24,000 nucleotides of DNA. Source: an uncultured Thermoproteaceae archaeon. GTDB lineage: Archaea; Thermoproteota; Thermoprotei; Thermoproteales; Thermocladiaceae. Made by a program: the position numbers and the translations under genes. Shown here one piece after another: positions 16,056 through 24,000 of this stretch. The stretch spans positions 412,163-436,162 of the forward strand of contig CAYMHS010000001.1 of the NCBI GenBank assembly GCA_964390355.1. Reading direction: 5' to 3'. The stretch's first letter is position 1, and the number at the start of each line of letters is the position of its first letter. The notes beneath the pieces are model-generated. The model saw only the letters and a program-made list of their open reading frames with translations, made no database searches and was not told the origin of the DNA.

Positions 16056-17495
16056 TTAAATTTTTAACTTTCTTAAATTTAAACTATATGCATTAATGCC
16101 TAATCTTCTCAATTTTCTTACTAAATACTTGCTAAGTAATGTTCCTGAACAATAGAGAATATATGTCTTATCCTTTCCATACTTATCGATGATCTTCTCA
16201 ATATCTTCAGGCTTAATGTTTATAGCTCCAGGTATATGCCAAGATCTATACTTATCTTCACTTCTTAAATCGATAATTATAGCGTTACTTGGTAGATAGT
16301 CAATTTCTAAATCTTTATCTTCACCTCTTAACAGATCTTCAAGTTCACTAACTTTATAAATCCTAACATTACTAACAATCCCATCTATCAACTTCTTATC
16401 AATTTTCTCAAACTCTCTCTCTACTTCTTCAGGCTTAGCTCTAGTCTTTGGTTTACTTGAAAAAATTGCACAATACTCCTCAACCTCTATAGAGTAGTTG
16501 TATGTTCCTATTTTTTGTGCTATTTTCATAATTTCATCCTTATCAAGACCTGCAAGTGGTCTAATTATGGGTATCGATATTCCATACTCGGTAGCGTATA
16601 TATTATGAAGAGTTTGTGAAGATACTTGACCAATAACCTCACCTGTAATTAATGCTTTAGCTTTAATTTTCTTAGCAATTTCTTCACCAATAAGGTACAA
16701 TACTCTCTTGAAAATTAAATTCCATAAGTGTGGATTAACTTTCAATCTTATCTCGTTTATAAGTTCTTCACCGTTAATTACGTATACCTTAGCATCATAA
16801 CCTAAAGACCAACTGCTAAATAATGTATATATAACTCGAAGTACAGGTATTAGTTCGAGTTCACCTGCCAAATTACAGAAAAGTGCATCTACAAGTACTC
16901 CTCTCCTCATAACAAGCCATGCAGCTACTGGCGAATCTATACCACCAGAGATTAAGGCAAGTGCTTTTCCTTGAGAACCGAGTGGTAATCCTCCGGGTCC
17001 TTCAATAACTTCATCGTAAAAGTATGCTTTATGGTTTCTAATCTCAATATGTAGGGTTATATCTGGTTTTTCAAGATTAACACCTCTAGAGTACCTAAGT
17101 AACGCTGAGCCTATACTTCTCTCAACATCTATAGATGTGAAGTTGTGAATACCAACTCTTCTAGCTCTAACGGCAAAGGTCTTATTGACAATTTTATTAC
17201 CCCATAACTTCTCGGCATATTGTGTAAGTTCTTGAAGTTCTTTGAAGGTAGTTTCGAAACATGGGGATATGGATTTAACACCAAAAATTCGTGGAAGAAT
17301 CTTAACCACCTTATCATAGTCATGATCATCAACTTTAACGATAAATCTTCCAGGGATTTTCTCGATTATGAAATTAGTTATATCATGTTGAAGTAGTGCA
17401 TGTTCTATATTTTTTGCAAGTAAATTCTCGAATCTAATCCTTACCTTCCTGCTCTTGATGGCTATCTCACTGTATCTAATAATTATGCTTCTCAT
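16056..17495 (-). CDS. thiI: tRNA sulfurtransferase ThiI (THUMP + PP-loop ATPase + C-terminal rhodanese domain)
   Basis: It has 'ALISGGIDSPVAAWLVMRRG' (SGGxDS PP-loop), an N-terminal ferredoxin-like/THUMP region, and a C-terminal rhodanese-like 'WHIPGAINI...YILYCSGTLLS' with a candidate active-site Cys. Confidence 0.85.
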   Translation of the reverse strand: MRSIIIRYSEIAIKSRKVRIRFENLLAKNIEHALLQHDITNFIIEKIPGRFIVKVDDHDYDKVVKILPRIFGVKSISPCFETTFKELQELTQYAEKLWGNKIVNKTFAVRARRVGIHNFTSIDVERSIGSALLRYSRGVNLEKPDITLHIEIRNHKAYFYDEVIEGPGGLPLGSQGKALALISGGIDSPVAAWLVMRRGVLVDALFCNLAGELELIPVLRVIYTLFSSWSLGYDAKVYVINGEELINEIRLKVNPHLWNLIFKRVLYLIGEEIAKKIKAKALITGEVIGQVSSQTLHNIYATEYGISIPIIRPLAGLDKDEIMKIAQKIGTYNYSIEVEEYCAIFSSKPKTRAKPEEVEREFEKIDKKLIDGIVSNVRIYKVSELEDLLRGEDKDLEIDYLPSNAIIIDLRSEDKYRSWHIPGAINIKPEDIEKIIDKYGKDKTYILYCSGTLLSKYLVRKLRRLGINAYSLNLRKLKI

Positions 17496-17548
17496 TACTT
17501 GATAACTACTTCCATATTTGAAGGTTTAAGCCATTCTCTACATCGATT

Positions 17549-20500
17549 TTAGTCTTTAAGTATACCAAGATTTTTAACTTCTTCAAAAAGCTCAGTAAGT
17601 ACTTCCTTATAATCTCTTTCACCGCTTTCAACATCATCCATAAGCTTCTCAACAATTCTCGTTCTTTCTTCAGATACTAATTTCTCATAACCTCCTTCTT
17701 GAACTAAGTACTTATATACTTCAATTCCCTTCTTAGTAGGTACTAGGTATCTAAACTTACCTACAGTTATTGCATATCTTCTTCTAAGTATGATATCTAC
17801 AATCTTTGCGTAGGTTGAAGGTCTACCAATACCTCTTTCCTTCATTAATGCGATTACATCTCCTTCTCTTAACAGTTTCTCTTTACTTGTCCTTATAGGC
17901 TTACTTGTTTCTATAATCTTATACACTCCCTCACTAATAGGTTCGGAGATCTTCATAATTGGGTATATCTTTGTGAATCCATATTCAATAATGTCTATAA
18001 CGTTCTCACAATCAATTTCAATCTTATCATCAGTATTTAATGATTTAATTATCAACTTAAATTTCTGTAACTTAATTATGGCATTCTTCATTTGACTAGC
18101 TATAAACCTTCTAAAGATTAAATCATAAATAGCATAATGCCTATTTGTTAATCTTATAGCTAGCTGCATAATTCCTGAATTAACAAGATTTCTAAGCTCA
18201 TCAACATCTATAGGTCTTGTTGGTCTTATACATTCATGAGCTCCAATATGTCCATGAGTAATCCATTGTCTAGGCGTGAAGTATTCTGAGCTAATCTTGT
18301 TGAATATGTACTCTTTAGCAATATTTATACCTAAGCTTGAAACTCTAGTACTGTCTGTTCTATGATATGTTATAAGTCCCGACTCGAAAAGATCTTGAGC
18401 AATCCTCATAGCGGTCTCGACATCTATTTTTAGGATGTTAGAGGCATCTTTAAGTAAAGTATCTGTAGTGTATGGTGGTGGTGGGCTAATTTCTCTCAAT
18501 TCTTCAATTATGTTCTTGATCTCAGCTACAGCCTTACCTGAAGTTAAGTCATTGATAAGTCTTCTCATAGCTACAGGAACATCTATTACAAATTGAGCAT
18601 TATTTTCAAGCTTGATTGTTAGTCTATATATTTTGCTTTCCCTAGTCTTAAAGTATTGCTGAATGATCCATCCGAGTACAGGTGTCTGAACTCTACCTGC
18701 AGATAATGTCTTTAAACCAAACTTTTCCTGTAATTTTTGACTAAGTCCAAAACCTATCCATCTATCTTCAATTCTTCTAATTAGCTGTGCCTTAACCATT
18801 CCGAGATTTATAACTCTGGGACTATTAACAGCTTCAAAAATAGCTCTTCTAGTAACTTCATGAAACTCAATTCTCATAATGTTCTGAATATATGGTTTAA
18901 GCATTAGATATACATCCCACGATATCTTTTCACCTTCAGAGTCTGGATCTGTACCTAGGAGTACATAATCAACTTCTGTAGCGATATCTCTCAAAGCATC
19001 GATTATAGGGTAAGAATCCGTAAGTTTTGCCTTATCCCTTGGACATAGATCAAGATCTTCAGTGTAAGATTCATTACATATGGGGCATTTCTTAATGGTA
19101 TTATATATAGGTATAAAGTCATTACTTACCTTAAATATACCATAATAATCCCTTGGCTCAACCTTAAATATGGACTCAATGTATGTCTTATCCTCTATAG
19201 ATGCTGAGGGTACAAGCTCCCATATATGGCCTTTCGTGGCTGCAACCATTACTAAGTAATTTCCTGTAGATACTTCATATATGGGTAGATTATTCACAAT
19301 ACGTATACTTGGTTTACCAAAGAAACTAGCTATAGTTCTTGCCTTAGTTGGTGATTCAACAATAATGAAGATAGATTTTAATGGATCATACTCAGTAAAT
19401 CTTGGAGGTACTTCGCCTTTCATGATCTTCATAATCTCCTCTCTTTCTTCATTAATTGTCTTAAGTAAGGTATCTAGTTGGATCTCACTGAAGTGTTTGA
19501 ATTCAAAATCTTCTAATCTATACTTTAACTCCTTACTTAATGCCTTGAATACCTTATCATTATCTACTACTAGAACTGAAATTCCGTGAGTTATACCTCC
19601 CACATACATTCTTGAACATCTACCACTACCTTGAATGTAGGTAACGGCATCTGGTAACGTTACATATACATCACCATCTTTAACCTCCAATTGAATGTCG
19701 AGTTTATCAAGATTTAACTTGTTAAGTACATCTTTTGCAAGATTCACACATTCTTTGATGAGTTCTGCTACATATCTTTCAAAACCTGACAACTCATTAG
19801 TTTTACCTTCTTCCAAGTATTGTAATATCTTACTCAATTGTGTCTGTGTTATTCCTGTAATGTTTCTTAATCTAGCTATTAACCTATCTATCTTCAGCTT
19901 ATAATCTTCAGGTGCTGCATTTCTAATGCTGAAAAAGAATGTTAGATATCTTCCCGGAGTAAATTCGCTTATCTTAATTCTAAACCTTATCTTAGGAACA
20001 CCAACAAAGATTACATACTTGACTCTGTGAGGTAAGTCGATACCTCTAACTAATGCTGATCTTGATGTTGCAAGACCAATAAGTAATCCAATTTCACCTT
20101 TAGAATAGTCTTCAAGTAAAGTTTTTCTAGGTTTAAGGTATGACTTAACATTTACACCATTATTAATGAGGTATTTTTCTAATTCTTCAGCAAATTCTTT
20201 ACCTAAATCTGTAGGTATGAATATTAATCCGCCATCACCTAAAGTTTTGACAATGCTAAGTACCGTTTCTTTCAGATCTTTTTCAGGATAAATGTAGGCA
20301 TCAACCACATTTCTTAAACCTTCAGCTTTACCGCCGGTTTCAAATCCTAAGAATTCTCTAAATAGAAATATTCTTGCAGTTCTTCTAGTCTTAGTTAGAG
20401 CTCCTGATGCTATGAGTATTCCAAGCTTAGTATTTTGTATGAATTCTCTTAACTTTGATTCTATATCCCTAAGCTGATTTCTAACACTTTCAATCTCATC

Positions 20501-21292
20501 ATCACTAGTACCAATCCTTCTCAATCTTCTTAAGGTTTTAATAAGTTCAACAGCTTTTAATGCGTGTTCAAGTACTTCCTTATTAACACCAAGTAATAGT
20601 AATAATCTATCAATATTCTTACTAGATGCCTTTAAAACACTATCAACATCATCTACAAAGATTAAGCTAAATTTTTTATCGCTAAGTATGTCCATGTATT
20701 TTGGTAAAAACATGTTTGTAATAATTAGTATGTCAAAATCATTATTTCTAATTTTAGTCATAGCTTCTTCACGTTCGCTTTTACTCATTAATGAATTGTA
20801 AGTGATTATTCTAATACTTCTATACTCATCATGTTCTTCTACGTACTTAATCATTCTCTTATATACTTGATATGCAAGAGTTGATGTTGGTAGTATAAAC
20901 AACACCTTACCACCTTTTAGCGCTATGTATACTGATGCTACAATTCCAAAAGTTGTCTTACCACTACCTGTTGGTGCTATTATAGCAAAACTCTTACCTT
21001 TAATTAACCTTCTAGCCCATAGTCTCTGTGCACCCCACATCTTCGCACATGTGAGTTTTTGAAAAAGATCCTCAAATTCTCGATAATTTCTTAAAAGTTC
21101 TTCATGTATTTTAAGTCCTTTCAGCCTATTGAAGGTCTTAAGTAATGTTATTAAGTCACTGATGGATTTTACTCTACTAACATACTCTTCAGGTAGGCAC
21201 TTATGACAGGGAAGTCCAAAAAGTAATCTATCAGAACTGATAACCCCTCCACAATTAGGGCATGCTCTTCTATACAGCACTAATGGGTACAT
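17549..21292 (-). CDS. rgy: Reverse gyrase (helicase-like domain fused to type IA topoisomerase)
   Basis: It is 1247 aa. It has an N-terminal Zn finger 'CPNCGG...CHKC', Walker A 'APTGSGKTT', 'FVDDVD', Toprim 'VESPTKARTIA' and 'DPDSEGE', and the catalytic Tyr motif 'ITYHRTDSTR'. No intein-like insertion is seen. Confidence 0.95.
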   Translation of the reverse strand: MYPLVLYRRACPNCGGVISSDRLLFGLPCHKCLPEEYVSRVKSISDLITLLKTFNRLKGLKIHEELLRNYREFEDLFQKLTCAKMWGAQRLWARRLIKGKSFAIIAPTGSGKTTFGIVASVYIALKGGKVLFILPTSTLAYQVYKRMIKYVEEHDEYRSIRIITYNSLMSKSEREEAMTKIRNNDFDILIITNMFLPKYMDILSDKKFSLIFVDDVDSVLKASSKNIDRLLLLLGVNKEVLEHALKAVELIKTLRRLRRIGTSDDEIESVRNQLRDIESKLREFIQNTKLGILIASGALTKTRRTARIFLFREFLGFETGGKAEGLRNVVDAYIYPEKDLKETVLSIVKTLGDGGLIFIPTDLGKEFAEELEKYLINNGVNVKSYLKPRKTLLEDYSKGEIGLLIGLATSRSALVRGIDLPHRVKYVIFVGVPKIRFRIKISEFTPGRYLTFFFSIRNAAPEDYKLKIDRLIARLRNITGITQTQLSKILQYLEEGKTNELSGFERYVAELIKECVNLAKDVLNKLNLDKLDIQLEVKDGDVYVTLPDAVTYIQGSGRCSRMYVGGITHGISVLVVDNDKVFKALSKELKYRLEDFEFKHFSEIQLDTLLKTINEEREEIMKIMKGEVPPRFTEYDPLKSIFIIVESPTKARTIASFFGKPSIRIVNNLPIYEVSTGNYLVMVAATKGHIWELVPSASIEDKTYIESIFKVEPRDYYGIFKVSNDFIPIYNTIKKCPICNESYTEDLDLCPRDKAKLTDSYPIIDALRDIATEVDYVLLGTDPDSEGEKISWDVYLMLKPYIQNIMRIEFHEVTRRAIFEAVNSPRVINLGMVKAQLIRRIEDRWIGFGLSQKLQEKFGLKTLSAGRVQTPVLGWIIQQYFKTRESKIYRLTIKLENNAQFVIDVPVAMRRLINDLTSGKAVAEIKNIIEELREISPPPPYTTDTLLKDASNILKIDVETAMRIAQDLFESGLITYHRTDSTRVSSLGINIAKEYIFNKISSEYFTPRQWITHGHIGAHECIRPTRPIDVDELRNLVNSGIMQLAIRLTNRHYAIYDLIFRRFIASQMKNAIIKLQKFKLIIKSLNTDDKIEIDCENVIDIIEYGFTKIYPIMKISEPISEGVYKIIETSKPIRTSKEKLLREGDVIALMKERGIGRPSTYAKIVDIILRRRYAITVGKFRYLVPTKKGIEVYKYLVQEGGYEKLVSEERTRIVEKLMDDVESGERDYKEVLTELFEEVKNLGILKD

Positions 21293-21340
21293 TCTCTATG
21301 TTTAAGGGCGTTAAGGACTTCTTAATAAAATTTTACAGTT

Positions 21341-21919
21341 TTGAGTATTTTACGTGATATCATTATTAAACTGATATTATTTGTAAATTATGACAATATG
21401 AATAATTTAAATGATTTTTTAAGACTCATTCAAGTAACTTCAATAATCATAGTACTCGCAGTACTTATACTCATTGATTACATAATGATTAACTTACTCA
21501 TCACCGGTAAGGCAAACTTAATAACCGTAATGACAGCACCATCAATTATCTTTACATTAGCTATGATATTCTTTGCTCTAAAAACAGTAATCAGATATGT
21601 CAAGTATGACATTAAGAAACTTGATGTTAAGAGTAAAGTCTTCACACTACTTTACGGCACTGGTGTTATAGTATCCCTAATATACTTACTCTACATGATT
21701 ATTCTTCAAAATTTTAATGTATCAGTAATCATCATTAATAAGGGGTTATCATTAAATAACTATTTACTGCTTGGAATAGCACTATACACCACAGGTCTAA
21801 TCATGATCATGTGGCATCTAATTGAAAGATTTATAAACGTCAAGCTTCTTATAAATACGTTCATAAAGATTAAGCGTAGTGATGATGATAGAGATGAAGA
21901 AACTATATTAATTAGGTAG
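21341..21919 (+). CDS. Hypothetical polytopic membrane protein
   Basis: It has several long hydrophobic segments and an acidic/basic C-terminal tail, 'KRSDDDRDEETILIR'. The start is TTG 21341 or an internal ATG (MNNLNDF). No family motif is recognised. Confidence 0.5.
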   Translation: MSILRDIIIKLILFVNYDNMNNLNDFLRLIQVTSIIIVLAVLILIDYIMINLLITGKANLITVMTAPSIIFTLAMIFFALKTVIRYVKYDIKKLDVKSKVFTLLYGTGVIVSLIYLLYMIILQNFNVSVIIINKGLSLNNYLLLGIALYTTGLIMIMWHLIERFINVKLLINTFIKIKRSDDDRDEETILIR

Positions 21920-21935
21920 AATATTTATTTGAAGA

Positions 21936-22247
21936 ATGGATTCGAAATTAATTGCAGGTTTAGTTACTGATTTGCTCGTAAGTACTGGTAATGCCTATCT
22001 TATAGAGAAAATATCTTTTAGAAATGGTTCGAGATACACCATTAGAGTCTTCTCCAAAATACCGATAGATTTACATATAGTTAGTAAAGGAGATAGTGTT
22101 TTTGTGGAATTTTGGTCACCACACTATGCATCTCCAATATTAATAATTGAGTATTCAGGTATGCGTAGTCCAACATTACTGTATAGAGAAATTCAAACTA
22201 TCTTATCAATAATAACTGACAAGATTATGAGAATTAGAAACTTATAA
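21936..22247 (+). CDS. Hypothetical small soluble protein (103 aa)
   Basis: The ORF lies 16 nt downstream of the membrane-protein gene on the same strand. No motif is recognised. Confidence 0.45.
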   Translation: MDSKLIAGLVTDLLVSTGNAYLIEKISFRNGSRYTIRVFSKIPIDLHIVSKGDSVFVEFWSPHYASPILIIEYSGMRSPTLLYREIQTILSIITDKIMRIRNL

Positions 22248-22307
22248 AATGTTATCACAATATGAGAGAACTTATAATTTAGAGTCTCAAATTAACTTAT
22301 AATCCAC

Positions 22308-23714
22308 ATGAGTTGGAGTCTTCTTGAGAAATTAAGAACAAATCCTGAGCAAGTAAGGGAAGTACTTAAACTTAGAAGAATGAGTGAAGACTTAGTAGAT
22401 AAGTTCGTAGAGCTTGATCAATTATGGAGAAAACTTAAAGCTGAAATTGATGAGTTAAGACATAGACACAACATACTTAGCAGAGAGGTTGGTAAGGCTA
22501 AACCTGAAGAACGTTCTAAAAAGATTGAAGAAGCTAAGAACTTACTAAAAATCATACAGGTGAAGGAGCATGAGCTTAAGAGAATTGAAGAAGAGCGTGA
22601 AAAAGTCTTATGGAGTTTTCCAAATCTTATACACGAATCAGTACCTAAATTTTGTCCTGAAGGTGTAGATTCAATACCTATAAGATTCTACGGTGTTCCC
22701 AAAGTATGGATCAACTACCTAGATAAGTTCAGACAAGAGATTGAAAGATGGGGTATAAGTGTTGAGTATGAGATTATTGATTGGAAACCTATCGGTCATG
22801 CTGACATGCTTGAACATGTATTACAGTTAGGTGATACTTCAACGGCAGGTGATGTTGCCGGTTCAAGATTTTTCTACCTCTTTGACGATATTGTATGGTT
22901 AGACTTAGCATTACTTCTCTATGCTTTAGACTTCATGACAAGTAGAGGTTTCAAAGTGGTTATTCCTCCATACATGCTCAAGTATAGAGCTCTATCTGGA
23001 GTTCTCGATTTTGAAGCTGTGAAGGACTCGATCTACAAGATTGAAGATGAAGATCTATACTTGATAGGTACTTCAGAACATCCATTAGCAGCTTACTTAA
23101 TGGAAAAAGAGCTTCTAGAAAATGAATTACCAATACTACTAGTAGGTATTTCGCCATGTTTTAGAAAAGAGGCAGGTGCAGGTAGTAGAGATTTAAAAGG
23201 TATCTTTAGAGTTCATCAATTTCATAAAGTTGAACAGTTCGTCTTCTGCTTACCTGAAGATAGCTGGAGATGGCATGAAGAGTTAATTAAGAATGCTGAA
23301 GAGCTATGGAAAGGACTGGAAATACCATATAGAACAGTCATACTTTGTCCTCACGACATGGGTAGAGCAGCAGCTAAACAATATGACTTAGAGGCATGGA
23401 TGCCTGCACAAGGAACTTTTAGAGAAATGGTATCATGTAGTAACTGTACTGATTGGCAATCCTATAGATTAAAAATTAGAGTTATTAGGAAAGGTATGAA
23501 GAGAGAGTATGTCCATACATTAAATAGTACAGCAATAGCATCGACAAGAGCAATAACGGCAATTCTTGAAAATCATCAGGAATCTGATGGTACAGTAATC
23601 ATTCCTAAAGCATTAAGGAAGTATTTAGAGATGTTTCAGAAAGCACCCAGAGATGCTATTTATCCTAAGAGAAAGGTTAAACGTGATGAAAAGGGGAATC
23701 CCATTTTTGATTAA
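22308..23714 (+). CDS. serS: Seryl-tRNA synthetase
   Basis: It has an N-terminal coiled-coil arm, class II motif 2 'FRKEAGAGSRDLKGIFRVHQFHKVEQF' and motif 3 'TLNSTAIASTRAITAILENHQ'. Confidence 0.95.
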   Translation: MSWSLLEKLRTNPEQVREVLKLRRMSEDLVDKFVELDQLWRKLKAEIDELRHRHNILSREVGKAKPEERSKKIEEAKNLLKIIQVKEHELKRIEEEREKVLWSFPNLIHESVPKFCPEGVDSIPIRFYGVPKVWINYLDKFRQEIERWGISVEYEIIDWKPIGHADMLEHVLQLGDTSTAGDVAGSRFFYLFDDIVWLDLALLLYALDFMTSRGFKVVIPPYMLKYRALSGVLDFEAVKDSIYKIEDEDLYLIGTSEHPLAAYLMEKELLENELPILLVGISPCFRKEAGAGSRDLKGIFRVHQFHKVEQFVFCLPEDSWRWHEELIKNAEELWKGLEIPYRTVILCPHDMGRAAAKQYDLEAWMPAQGTFREMVSCSNCTDWQSYRLKIRVIRKGMKREYVHTLNSTAIASTRAITAILENHQESDGTVIIPKALRKYLEMFQKAPRDAIYPKRKVKRDEKGNPIFD

Positions 23715-23717
23715 AAA

Positions 23718-23766
23718 TCAGCAATACTCTTTCACATCATAAATCTGCGCTTGAGCCCATCATCAC
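23718..23766 (-). ncRNA. C/D box sRNA (2'-O-methylation guide), candidate 2
   Basis: Minus-strand read: GUGAUGA (C, 23766-23760), UGGGCUCAAGCG (12 nt), CAGA (D', 23747-23744), UUU, AUGAUGU (C', 23740-23734), GAAAGAGUAUUG (12 nt), CUGA (D, 23721-23718), then UUUUU. TATA-like TTTTATTAA (23799-23791, minus) is centred about 26 nt upstream of ~23769. It is convergent with the serS stop codon. Confidence 0.8.
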
Positions 23767-23937
23767 CTAGTTAAACTTATTGAAAAGAGCTTAATAAAAT
23801 TCAACTCAAAGTTTAAAGTAATGGTAAAAGCGACGCATACATGGCTAGAAAGAGAAAAACTCTAAGCGAAAACATGATAATAAACAACTATAACTACTTA
23901 TTAACAAGTTGGAGAAAAGTATTCTCGGGTAGAAAGC

Positions 23938-24000
23938 ATGGTAAGCATAAGTTTAGATGAGTATCTTGGTAGGGAGTATGATGTTGAGTGTGATGGTGAG
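23938..24000 (+). CDS. Possible 5' end of a protein gene that runs off the window (MVSISLDEYLGREYDVECDGE...)
   Basis: The frame is open from ATG 23938 to the window edge, only 21 codons. No motif is present. Confidence 0.25.
   Translation, partial: MVSISLDEYLGREYDVECDGE

Noticed and set aside
996-19904. Sixteen short track ORFs lie antisense to or inside larger genes: 996-1223, 2621-2902, 3113-3361, 5164-5349, 5470-5766, 7578-7763, 8546-8761, 9474-9701, 10827-11060, 11615-11974, 13923-14132, 14319-14528, 14586-14804, 17129-17332, 19281-19589 and 19695-19904.
   Set aside because: Each is fully or largely embedded opposite a long ORF with strong family motifs. Their translations are low-complexity and Ser/Leu/Ile-rich, as expected for antisense frames of AT-rich genes. 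None has a motif or a promoter-like element.
23841-23960. A 39-codon basic ORF (MARKRKTLSENMI...KHGKHKFR) downstream of serS.
   Set aside because: It is too short, has no motif, and overlaps out of frame with a second ORF start (23938) that runs off the window. It cannot be distinguished from chance.
1-24000. Search for CRISPR arrays, long direct or inverted repeats, IS terminal inverted repeats, rRNA and tRNA genes.
   Set aside because: No regularly spaced repeats or further GC-rich islands were seen by eye. The TnpB-like gene has no evident TIRs or flanking hairpin ends. A computational repeat search could still reveal short repeats that I missed.

Overview
This is a visibly AT-rich archaeal chromosomal segment. 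It is most likely from a hyperthermophilic crenarchaeon (Thermoproteota). The evidence is a full-length reverse gyrase, an archaeal-type apgM, ribosomal protein L35Ae, and TATA-like boxes about 25-30 nt upstream of most start codons, which implies largely leaderless mRNAs; species not identifiable from sequence alone. About 22 protein genes are supported, and most are housekeeping: reverse gyrase, seryl-tRNA synthetase, ThiI, an NFACT/RqcH-like protein, apgM, CutA, L35Ae, an Lrp/AsnC regulator coupled to an M50 protease, AMMECR1, a SAM hydroxide adenosyltransferase and a THUMP-SPOUT methyltransferase. I saw no CRISPR array, rRNA or tRNA. The unusual content lies at 6.1-7.45 kb. (i) A 378-codon TnpB/IS605-OrfB-like ORF is interrupted by one in-frame TAG and lacks the usual zinc ribbon. 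(ii) Divergent from it, across a perfectly palindromic 12-nt TATA element, sits a ~115-nt GC-rich island (7325-7440) that folds into two long perfect stems and matches no RNA class I can recognise. It is the only such island in the window. Two well-formed C/D box sRNA genes, absent from the ORF track, lie in intergenic DNA at 785-832 and 23718-23766, both on the minus strand. Also notable are an MtrH-like methyltransferase fused to a corrinoid-binding domain and start-stop coupled to rpl35ae, an NFACT gene overlapped by a Mut7-C nuclease gene, and several orphan ORFs. All functional calls come from motif recognition by eye; no database search was run.
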